Of a stretch of DNA of 64,000 nt, positions 1-10,547 are shown piece by piece (position 1 is the stretch's first letter; each line of letters opens with the position of its first letter). Source of the DNA: Phoronis australis (lineage: Eukaryota; Animalia; Phoronida). The DNA lies in the NCBI GenBank assembly GCA_002633005.1, contig NMRA01000113.1, forward strand, positions 273,530 to 337,529. Reading direction: 5' to 3'. The notes beneath the pieces are model-generated. The model did not search any database. It was not told where the DNA came from and saw only the letters and a list, made by a program, of their open reading frames with translations. The translations under genes and the position numbers were made by a program.

Positions 1-164
1 GCACACGCACGCTCACTCACTCTCATACGCAGACGAACTTCAAAACAAACGTCACGTGACAACAACATGTGTGTTCATCCAGAGATTTTTCTCGTGTTGT
101 GGGGTACGATGTAGCGCAGATTTGGACTTAATCGCAATTAATCTGGACTCCACGTGAACTTTAA
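1..164. repeat. Dispersed repeat, probable Kolobok-type element terminus (...GAACT|TTAA)
   Basis: Clearly similar to 62885-63043; ends in CT followed by TTAA. Confidence 0.55.
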
Positions 165-789
165 AAATTGTAAAACATAAGGAAGATTTCAGGTAATTTG
201 TTGAGTCGAAAGTATATTTTTATTCAAGAGTTCAAGTTTTCCTATTGACGATCGCGATTCAGCAACGCATCAGTCGGCAAGTTTTCTCCCTTTGATGAGC
301 ACAATTTTTTGAAAAATTATTGTAATTTAACAACGGAAGTTGATAGCAATGCACCACAATTTTGTAGAAGGGCTGCCATAGGCTACAACTACGTCACAGA
401 GCGTAAATTTGATGAATCCTAGCTTCCGATTTTACCGGGTTTCAACTGCCGTAGGCTCACTACAATAAGCGTCCCCTCCCCATGAAATGAATTTTTTAAG
501 CGTTTGTTTGAGCCAATACAGTATACAGCTTTCCACCAAGGCTAGGTGATGCAAGACATTATTCTTTGTTGCATTTTAGTAACTGGTCTTGGCTAATTAT
601 CATTTTATGGCCTGGTCATCCATTCAGTCAAAAGTAGTTCCAGAGGTGACTTATCAGCCAATTATTCACGCATGCTGACTCACAATAGAAGCCTGATAAG
701 AGTGAAGGTGGATAAATGCGGTGTTCCTACAGTTTCTTGTTTTAGTGGATGTGTTCACGACATGCTTTCTTTAGTGTCTGTCCGAGCAC

Positions 790-1065
790 CGATGCAGACA
801 GTGCGTTAAAAGTTTCATCTTTCGGTCGTACCATTAAGCCGAGGAGAGTGCAGGACATGTGACTTTTTTAGTGTTAGTTTAAGTGATATATTAACGGACT
901 GTTGGATAAGTACCTTGATATGGACTATATACCTAGTTTAGTGGTTTTTAGTTTTAACGTTTTAGAAAGGGAGATGTTATATCAGTACTTTGTGTCAATT
1001 AACCCTGTATATCCTTAGTTATCCATGTAACACTTGTGTTATCAGGGGACACGGAGAATACAACA
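790..1065 (+). mobile_element. 3' end of a Gypsy LTR element: pol tail, PPT and short LTR remnant
   Basis: SSFGRTIKPRRVQDM* resembles a pol C-terminus; PPT AGAAAGGGAGA at 964-974 is followed by TGTTAT...CAACA (975-1065). Confidence 0.55.
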
Positions 1066-1068
1066 GAT

Positions 1069-1836
1069 ATGACATCCCTACCTGCCTTTCACGCGTTTCT
1101 GGTACACGCCAATGAACAATCCGCGGGTAGCAGGTGGATGAAATGGCTAAAGAAGTTTGAAAACATGCTTTTAGCCTTAGACATTACTGACACTAAACGT
1201 AAGAAAGCCCTATTACTACATTACATAGGCGATGAGGGGTTCGATATCTATGATAGCATGACAGATGCTCAACAGGGTGAAGAAGATACCTATGATACTG
1301 TGAAACAAAGCTTCACAACTTACTTCACGCCTAAGCAAAACACTGCATATGAAACATACAAATTCAGGCAAGCCATTCAGGATCCAATAGAGACAATCGA
1401 CTCGTTTCCGCGTCTCGCTTGAGAACACTTGCAGCCACATGTGACTTTCATGACACAGATCGTGAGATCTTAACACAAATTCTTCATGGGTGTACCTCCA
1501 CTCGACTCCGCCGTCGTGGCCTACGAGACAACATGACGCTGACACAAGCTCTTTACGAAGCGCACGCACTCAAACTCTCCGAACAATGTGCCAGTGACAT
1601 TGAAAAGGGTGTCAACTTACTAACATTGCACAAGCACAAATCATAGTTGTCCAATCAGTTCAAACCACAGGACCAGCACAGACCCAAGAAACAATTAAGC
1701 AACTCGCGAGTCCCGAAGCGAACGTCATCAGGGCAGACCCACACCAGTAACAACCACAAGCCCAACAACAACTGGCAAAAATGAAACCGAGTGTGTCGAA
1801 ACTGTGGTGGAGATTTTCCCCATCCTGCGAACATCA
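1069..1836 (+). pseudogene. Ty3/Gypsy (Mag-like) gag, frameshifted and truncated by LTR element B
   Basis: RWMKWLKKFENMLLALDITD..RKKALLLHYIG; YETYKFRQAIQ; start of zinc knuckle CRNCGGDFPH at ~1795-1825; frameshift ~1410 and stops. Confidence 0.85.
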
Positions 1837-1840
1837 TATG

Positions 1841-4704
1841 TGTTGATATGAGCGACCTCTACCGGTCTCTATATATATGTGTATTGCATAGTGGGAACAC
1901 CTGTTAGTTGTAGTGTGAGCGCCAGTTAGTGAGCATCAATAAAAGCAGTGCTAGTGATCCTGAAGATCGTTGATTATTTCACTCAACAACTCAACATGGT
2001 AGCAGCGGTATTTTGACCAATCTCTGAAAGATGGCAAAGAACGGCAATTTTAGACTGCCTCCACAACTGGACTTGTCGGACGCTAATCTCGCGGAAACGT
2101 TTCGCAAATGGAAACAACTAAATGTGTATTTGTTGGCCAGCGGAACGACAAGAAAACCCAAAAAGGTACAAGAAGCATTTATTTTGCATTGCGGTGGCAA
2201 TGACGTGATTAGCGCCGCTGAACATATCGTATATGATAATGCCGGAGACGAGGCTGATGATATCATTGTAGTCAGCTGTAGCGACACGCTGGCAGAAGCG
2301 ACAGCGGATCACAACATGAAAATCAAGAAACTGCAAGACGGATGCCGCGAACAGAAAATCAGGCTTAATGAGGCCAAGAAAGCAGTTGGATTATCTGAAA
2401 TAACATTTCATGGGCACGTATCAGCCGCGACAGAGTGAAAGTCGACAAAGCAAAAGTGCAGGCGATATCCGATATGCCTGTACAGACGGATGTCTCAGCA
2501 GTCAAGCAATTTTGCGGGATGGTTCAGTATGTATCTCGTTTTCTGCCGAACTTAGCCCAGGATCTTGAACCAATTAGAGCCTTGACACGGAATAAGGCGA
2601 AATTGGGGGTCAAATGAGTGCCAGAAAGCTTTTGAGATAATTAAGCAGAAACAGTCAGACATTCGTGTACTGACATATTTTGATTCTGCAAACAACGTCA
2701 TGCTACAAGTCGACGGTAGCAAGGACGGCATGGGCGCATGTTTGTTACTAAACGACCAGCCAGTCGAATATGCATCAAGGACACTAACACCTGCAGAAAG
2801 AAATTGGTCTCAGATGGAGAAAGAATTGCTGAGTGTGGTGTACGGTTTGGACAGATTTGATCAATATGCGTATGGGAGGCGAGTGATAGTGAAAAATGAT
2901 CATCGCCCCCTAGATTTCATTTTACAAAAGCCGTTAGGGCAGGCACTCAAGCGTATTCAGGCGCTTATGATGCGACTGTATCGATATGATATCGAGTTTC
3001 ACTATGTGAAAGGCGAAAGTTTGTACATCGCAAACACATTGAGTCGAGCATGTGTCGAGAGCGTCATAGACGATCGGGCTAGGATTATGTGTGTGCAGCA
3101 CCTGGAGGAAATTCCTGACGCCCGGGTGGCGGAAATTAAAGCTGCGATGGAAAGTGACGCAACGATGCAGTCACTACTTAGCATTATCCAGGATGGGTGG
3201 CCCGAACGCGAAGGCAAGTCGGATGTTCCACCCGAGGTGAAACTATTTTATGATATGAGAGATGTGTTATCCTCACATAATGGGCTTATTGTTAAAGGAG
3301 AAGCCATATTGATTCCGAAGTCATTACGGAATAACATGCTGCAACGATTACATGCAGCGCATCTAGGCTACGATAGCATAATACGACGCTCCAAGGAATG
3401 ACTTGGCCCGGAATAAACAAAGTTTTGCAACGAATCACGGAAGCGTGTAAACCATGCCAAGAGTTAAAGGCACGGCCGCAGAAAGAAAGCTTGATGCAAC
3501 ATAACGCAGGAGTACACCAGTGGGAAAAAATAGGTATGGATCTATTCGAGATCGACAGGAAACACTTTCTAATAACTGTGGATTATTTTTCCAATTTTGT
3601 GGAAGTGGAGAGAATGTACAAAACGACATCATCTCAGGTCATTATACAATTGAAGAAGCTTTGCGCGCGATACAGAATCCCGAAACGCCGAGGGTTCGCA
3701 ATTCACTTCGACTGAGTTCGAACGTTTCATTCGCGATTGACAGACAGTGCACACAAAATCGAACTCGATGCACCAGAACGCAAAACGATATATACTTGGC
3801 AATCCTCGAACAGCGAATGACCCCGAACGCGACTGGTGTAAGCCCAAGTGAACTGATGTTCAACCGTAAACTGCGAACGCAATTGCCCGTGATGAACAGA
3901 ACATCAAACTAAACCTTAGCCTCGAGAAAGCGCGACAGCGGCGAGAAGCACGAAAGGCAACGGTGAAGCAATACTATGACAAAAATTCGCGTGACCTACC
4001 GGAGCTTGTCATAGACCAACCTGTGTATTTTCAACATAAAGAAGGTGACGTGTGGATTCTTGGCATGGTTGTACAGAAATCCGGCACAAAAAGTTTTTTG
4101 TGAAAGCGGAGAACAGACAAATATTCGAAAGCAATCGAAAGCCTATTCGTCCTACGCAAATTAGGCCAAACATCCGCAAAAAATCTCCGGAACTGAAAGT
4201 GCCTAACGCCGAAACCGGTAAATCACCGACACCGGAAAAAGGTAATGCACCACAGACAACTGTAACCAGAAATGCAGAAAACAGTATATCACCGACAGAC
4301 AATCTCCTGGTTGTAGAGCAGAGACGTTCACATCGAGTGACCAACGACCAAGTTATCTCAGGGACTATGATTGCTCATGAACATTTGTTTTAGTGACGAT
4401 TTAGTTTAATGATTTTTGTGTAAGAAACATGTGATACTTGTGGATTAGTTTGTTTATTTTTACGCCGTATGGTAAACTCATATCTGATAAAAGGGAAAGA
4501 AAAACTTGTTTTTTTGATTTGAGAAAGGGAGATGTTGATATGAGCGACCTCTACCGGTCTCTTTCTCTCTCTCTCTATATATATATATATGTTGCATAAT
4601 GGGAACACCTGTTTGTTGTAGTGTGAGTGCCAGTTACTGAGCATCAATAAAAGCAGTGCTAGTGATCCTGAAGATCGCTCTTTATTTCAATCAAAAACTC
4701 AACA
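1841..4704 (+). mobile_element. Internally deleted Ty3/Gypsy LTR retrotransposon (element B)
   Basis: LTRs 1841-1996 and 4533-4704 (TGTTGA...TCAACA); PBS TGGTAGCAGCGG at 1997; PPT GAGAAAGGGAGA 4521-4532; gag N-terminus, RT ADDII, RNase H (VDGSK...EKELL), integrase HHCC and partial core. Flanks do not match, so no TSD. Confidence 0.92.
2031..3912 (+). pseudogene. Element B gag-pol remnant (RT C-terminus, RNase H, integrase)
   Basis: Fragmented ORFs 2031-2438, 2435-2617, 2700-3401, 3398-3715 and 3520-3912 carry retroviral Pol motifs. Confidence 0.88.
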
Positions 4705-4714
4705 AAATTCTAAT

Positions 4715-5107
4715 CCCGAAAGCCAGTGAGAATCTCATTGGATTCCAGTTAGATTCCAGTGAGAATCTAACTAATTAAGATGCCATTTAAATTAGAGAAA
4801 GAAAATCTCACTCTAAGTGAGAATACAGTGATATTCCAGTTAGAATTCAGTGAGAATCTAACTAATTTGCATAGCATTCCCACTCAGTGAGAATTTGTCT
4901 TACTGAAATTCTCACTCAGTAGGAATGCTATGCAAATTAAGACCAAAATTCTCACTGGATTCTCAATGTTACATAACATTTTCTCACTGACTGCCCCTGT
5001 TGTTCAATTCCCACTGGGTTCTCACTGGCGGCATTTCTAACTAGAATTGGCGATTTAGTGAGAATCTAACTGGAATCCAGTGAGATTGTCACTTTTTTTC
5101 ATATGGG
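4715..5107. mobile_element. MITE with long imperfect TIRs and internal AGTGAGAAT repeats
   Basis: AGTGAGAATCTCATTGGATTCCAGTTAGATTC (~4725) is the reverse complement of ~5060-5093; CCC...GGG ends. Confidence 0.7.
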
Positions 5108-5340
5108 AGCTGAAAATGGCGTTTCAGAGAAATAAGCAGATCTTTTTGAGTCACAACTGAAATTTTGCTTATAGATGCCTTGAGGGTTAGTGTTTGTGTT
5201 AGCCACTTATTTTGGCTTGTTTTCCTATTATGTATCTGTGGCAATTATAATAATTTACAATAAACAAGCCCAGGTTAATTTTGGCATTTTGTCTATGAAA
5301 TAAAAATCTACATAAACATTGCATTTATCATGTTTTTCAG

Positions 5341-6276
5341 GAAATTATCCAAGACTGACTTCATCTCAAATGATGACCATCAAAAGTATATTGCCTGTTG
5401 AAGCTGTTCGATGTTTGCCGGGTGTGTGGGAACAGGGCTTCTACCATCGTAAAAATGATGGGCACAATGGTAGTTGTTCAGCTGAGCTGCACCGGTGTCA
5501 GCTCCCCTGGTTATACGTGGAATTCTCAGCCATTTGTGCAGGACTACCCCAAGGGGAACCTTCTGCTGTCGGCTGCCACCTTGTTTAGCGGCAGTTCCAT
5601 TACAAAGGTACAGAACCTGCTTAGATTCTTTGGAATCAAGATGCATCATAACAACACCTTCTTCCAGCACCAGCGCCTGTTTCTTCATGACACTATAGAA
5701 AAAGTGTGGGGCGACCAGCAGGAGGAGCTGCTCCTCAGTTTACCGCCTGACATACTCATAGGAGGCGAAGCAAGATGTGACAGGTAATTACTCACTATAT
5801 TTTGTTGGTTAGTACTGCAGTGGTTGCTTCCTATTCACATCAAGACGGGTATGATAAATTAGAAACTCTGTAAGTGTTAGGATAGTAGTTATGTACATAC
5901 GAATTTACTGATTGCTTTGAAGGCCTGTGCTGTGCTGCAAATGATGGCTTGATCGTTAGAGATGACAAAATATTTTTTCACATTGACATGCCTTAGGAAG
6001 AAAGTATTTTCTCATTTTGTGATTTATAATCTATTTTTCTTTCATTGCAGTGAATTGCTTTAATGATAATGATAATTAATAGTCTGGTTGTGTATTCTGC
6101 AGTGAAAGTAGAATATCTTTATTCAGACAAAGTCTTTTAATACAATAATGCCTATAATCTGACTGATTCTCATTGCCATCACGTCATATTTTAGCCCTGG
6201 TCATGCCACAAAATATAGCAGTTACACGCTGATGGACCTTGACCGCAACAAAATCTTAGTGATGGAACTTGTACAG
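5341..6276 (+). pseudogene. Intron-containing Kolobok-type DDE transposase remnant (exons 5341-5783, 6195-6276)
   Basis: Spliced product LF.VCRVC...WNSQP....GNLLLSAATLFSG...IGGEARCD-S-PGHATKYSSYTLMD...ILVMELVQ matches the GDGRCDSPGHxAKY transposase motif; frameshift ~5395; expected first catalytic D reads E. Confidence 0.72.
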
Positions 6277-7809
6277 GTAATACACGTCACTGCATACTAA
6301 AAAATGTTGGCCTTATTATGTTGAGTAAAACTGTTCTAAGTAAAAAACCATTACTCCTTTTGCTACCCTTTGTGTTGGGCTTCGAGTCTTGCACAGATGC
6401 TCTGTGTCGTGGTGGGATGCACCTGCTCTGCTCGTCATGTTTGACATGGTATTTAGTTAAATTCTTCAAGTGTGCGGTATACACACCTGTGAGCTGCTCT
6501 GTTTCAATAGGGTTGTAGACTTCCTACCATGTGTTACATTCACACTCTCTACTTGTATGCCCCTCTTCCCGCTGTCATGTGTATTTCACTGTTCATTTCC
6601 CTATGTATATGTTCATTTTACTTATTGCCTGATGATGAGACATGCAGTCTTGAAATATAGCTAGTGTTTTAATTTGTTTGTTATGTCTCTCGGTGTTTTA
6701 CTACATACCTGCACACCTGAAGAAAGGAGACAGTGTTCCGAAACTACGAGCGTACCAGCATCAAGCTTGCAAAGAAAAAGTCTAGTGTTTGTAACGAAGT
6801 TTGTGTAAAAGGGGGCTGCTTCTAAACTGCACTGTGTGGGGCTTTAAAGATAATCGTGAACTTATATGTATTTATTTTCTCATTTGGCTTGTCTTGAAAC
6901 ATAATTTCGAATGCCCAAATATCAAAATCCAAAAAATTCAAGGTATTGGTGATCTTGTGAAACAATCACCGTTTCGTTGCTGTGTTTACAAAGACACTTC
7001 TTCGACAACACTGTTGACCTTCTGCACCAGCGGCATCGTACAAGATATGTGGCACTTGGTACAAAGTTCACGTCATTGTCACTTGTATGTAAACACACAG
7101 CAAAACTTCAATCCATGTTCGTGCGACTTTGTAACAGATTGTAAAGCCTTGTTCAAGAATCTTAAAATGGTTACATACTAGTCATTTTGGGAAGAAATGG
7201 AATGAATTAGACACCGCTGCTTAAAATATTCAATACAAGAAACTGAATTCCTATGACCCACTTAACACTTGTGTTGACAAAGAATGAGACATTTATATAT
7301 CTTGCAGATTATGCATCTGAAATGAGTTTCATATTGGAATGGTACATAATGCCCTTCTGTATTAATTTGGTTTATAAAGGTTCATACAGGATAAAGACTT
7401 TCATTGACTGAAATATATTTTTCTAAAAATTGTTGTTACATCTGTTTACAAAATTGTTGTACTGTGTTGTCATTATGGATAACTGAATGGGAAAATGTGT
7501 AGCGGAGTCTTTTAGTTTGTACTCCAAGATATGTACTAAGCACTGACACTGATTTATTTCAGGGGCTGTCACCAAGCAGCACAGCAGTACTTGCTCAAGT
7601 TTCGTAGAAAAGGATCAGTACCTGGCTGCAGAGTGCAGGTGACAGACAGGGTGAACGCAAACTCTGTGAGGCTGTCAATGTCGTCCAATCCAGTCATGAG
7701 CCGGAGACTGTGTAGAGTTTGTAAAAAGTTCATTATTATTAGATGTTAAGTTTTTATGTTATAGGTTTTAGTTACTCATTTTTGTACATATTTTACTTTT
7801 GGGTGTTAC

Positions 7810-8853
7810 ATATTAATAAAATTATTAAGGAACAAGACCTTTTTCTTCTTGTGGCTACTACACATGCAATAGGATTTAAATGGCCAACAAAGTGCACAGT
7901 TGTAGGAGTTAAAACCTTGAAGCATTAAACAAATAAACCTGTTGTTTCGCCATACCCACAAACAGTAATATTCCTGCATCAGGGCTGTAAAGGCAACATT
8001 AGTGGTTCTATGTTGGCACAGTACTGGCCCACCACTGTACTGTCACCTATGTAATTACTATACTGGCTTAATATGAGCCCATCAATGGCCCCGTACAGAG
8101 CCAATACAGTCTGTCAATACTGGCCCTTTATATGGCCGAAACCGGTTTTTTGGGGTATTGGGCCAGTAATGGCTTGGTAGTGGCCCTTTACTGACCCGAT
8201 ATCGCAAACTTATAACGGCCCAATACTGAGAAGGTGTGCAGAATGTTATTGGGCCAGTACTGGCCTACATCATTGGGCCAATGCAGACAGTAGAGAGCCA
8301 GTATTGGCCCAGTACCTGCATGTTTACTGGGATATTAATAAAAGTATTAAGGAACAAGAGCTTTTTCTTCTAGTGGCAACTACACATGCAATAGGATTTA
8401 AATGACCAACAAAGTGCACAGTTGTATAGGAGTTAAAAACCTGAAGCACTGAAAAAAGCAAACCAGTTTTTCAACACTTAAAAACAGTGATATTCCTGCA
8501 TTGAGCCTGTAAAGGCAACATTAATGGTCCAATACTAGCACTGTACTGACCCAGCTCTGCATTTTCACAAACGTAATTAGTATACTGGCTTATATGGGCC
8601 CCTCAGTGGCCCTGTACAGGGCCAACACTGTGTGTCACTACTGGCCCTTTATGGGGCCGAATCTGGTTTTGGTGTATTGGCCCAGTAATAGCATTGTGCT
8701 GGCAATTAACTGGCCCGTTATCGCAATCGTATACTAGCCCAATACCCAGCGAGTGTGCAAAATATTATTGGGCCACTACTGGCCTATATAATTGGGCCAA
8801 TACAGAAGACAGTATAGGGCCACTATTGGCCCAGTGACTGCATGTTTACTGGG
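7810..8853. repeat. Two tandem ~522-bp copies of a MITE end (7810-8331, 8332-8853)
   Basis: Both start ATATTAATAAAA.TATTAAGGAACAAGA and end CATGTTTACTGGG, with (T)ACTGGCCC/GGGCCAGTA subrepeats. Confidence 0.85.
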
Positions 8854-9480
8854 AAGCATCTACATCTGCACCATCGGATCCTCAACCTCAACCAGGTTAG
8901 TTAGCCTCTGATGCGACTTTGCTTGATTATGAGGCACCTCCACTGACACCAATTCCTAGCATGTAGCCGATAATGGGCATCCATATACAGTCTTCAATTC
9001 GCATGAGGACCTTAACACCCTCCTCCCAACCTCAACCATCACATCACCACAGGAAGTAGTTGTCTTGAACAACTGCCTCGTCTAACAACAACCAGCCAAA
9101 TATAAAATAACCGTCGAGAAATGGATGGATGCGTTTCTCATATTAGTATCCATATTCATCGAAGCTCAGCCCCACCAAGGTCTAGAGCAACTGATGTCTA
9201 TGCACGGCTTCGGACTTGGGGCACAGTGCACAAAGACAGGTTGGATACCTTACAATGAGCAGTGCTGCTCCTGAAAAGCTCGCGACCCAACCACACCCTG
9301 GTCGACAATAGACCTGGAGTTGTGGTTGCTGTACATGATGGGCTCCTCTACTGACATAGTACCACTTCCACCTACCAGACACTGCTATGCCTTTAGCTAC
9401 AGGGCAAATTGCACTGCTATGCAGATACAAACTTAGTACATGCATGACCTGCAGTGGCTTCCAATTGTGCATAATATGTT
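8854..9480 (+). pseudogene. DIRS/Ngaro-type tyrosine-recombinase retrotransposon gag remnant
   Basis: KITVEKWMDAFLILVSIFIEAQP...GWIPYNEQ resembles the DIRS/Ngaro gag motif (W.DAF.IY...HP...GW..YDEQFR), followed by a decayed Cys-rich knuckle. Confidence 0.6.
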
Positions 9481-10547
9481 ATCCCTTGTAATTAAGGTAC
9501 CTTCTGTAAAATAATTAATTACAGAGCCGTGACCCTGAAATTTCCAAAACAATCTAAAATATATTATTCACGTGTTGTTTTATTTGTCCCTAATAAACCA
9601 AAAAACCTAACTGAAGCCACTGACCAGGTGTTCATTAACACAATGTCATGAGTACATATGTTCCTTTGGGTAAATGGAATTAAAAAATCTGTTCAAACTG
9701 AAGTTGTCAACCTTTCAAGAGGCGTCAAAGCTGGAGTCTTAGGGAGCTTCCATCCCCAAAGAAGCCGATGACCAAGCAAATGAAGGCCTGTCAGTTCCTG
9801 CTGTTAGAATTATAAGGTGGATGCAAGTGAAGTTAGTGAGGGTGAGTGGCCAAGTGAGGACCGTTTCATTCCATAGCGAATTCCGGAGATTGCTGAAACT
9901 CCCATATAAGTGAATGGTTGGTGGCAAGAAAGAAAATTCACAACTTTGCCATACATCGGCAACATAACTATGCTGAAAAGGATCTTTATTTGAAAGTGGT
10001 GTGTGGCAGATTTGAGTGAAGTAAACAAACCGTTCACATATATTTCGTGCCCAGTCTCTCCGAAACTTAGGGCACCATAAGATTACACAAGATTCGACAA
10101 TATGCTGGTTTTTCAGTCAGTTTTATTTTCAATGAAATGAAGAGACATGTGAATGTTTTAAGACTGTTTTCAAGTAGCCAGCTTTGGCAGTCTGACAAGA
10201 GAAACGTATGTTTTGAGTTAAACCCAATATGTTCAGCCATGAACTTGTTCAAGGGTTCAATCGTTAAATAATATTTCATCTGTCTTCAGTTTACTAAACA
10301 TGAATGTGAAATCATATAACTGCATCACCAAATTCCTGACTGGATATCCAATGCTTTATCTAAAAAGCAGACATGGCATGGAGTTTGGGACTCTTCTGAG
10401 CACAGTAGATTACATAGTAGCATTCATTTTATTATGCAAAAGTGATGCAAGGCTAACTTCAATTACTCACATCATGGTACTCAGGAACTGGATTCAAGTT
10501 TTATTATGACAATGAGATTGATATCACTCTGACATAAATCCTACTAT

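Noticed and set aside
9660-10540. Possible RT/RNase H/recombinase of the DIRS-like element
   Set aside because: No recognisable motifs in the frames read by eye.
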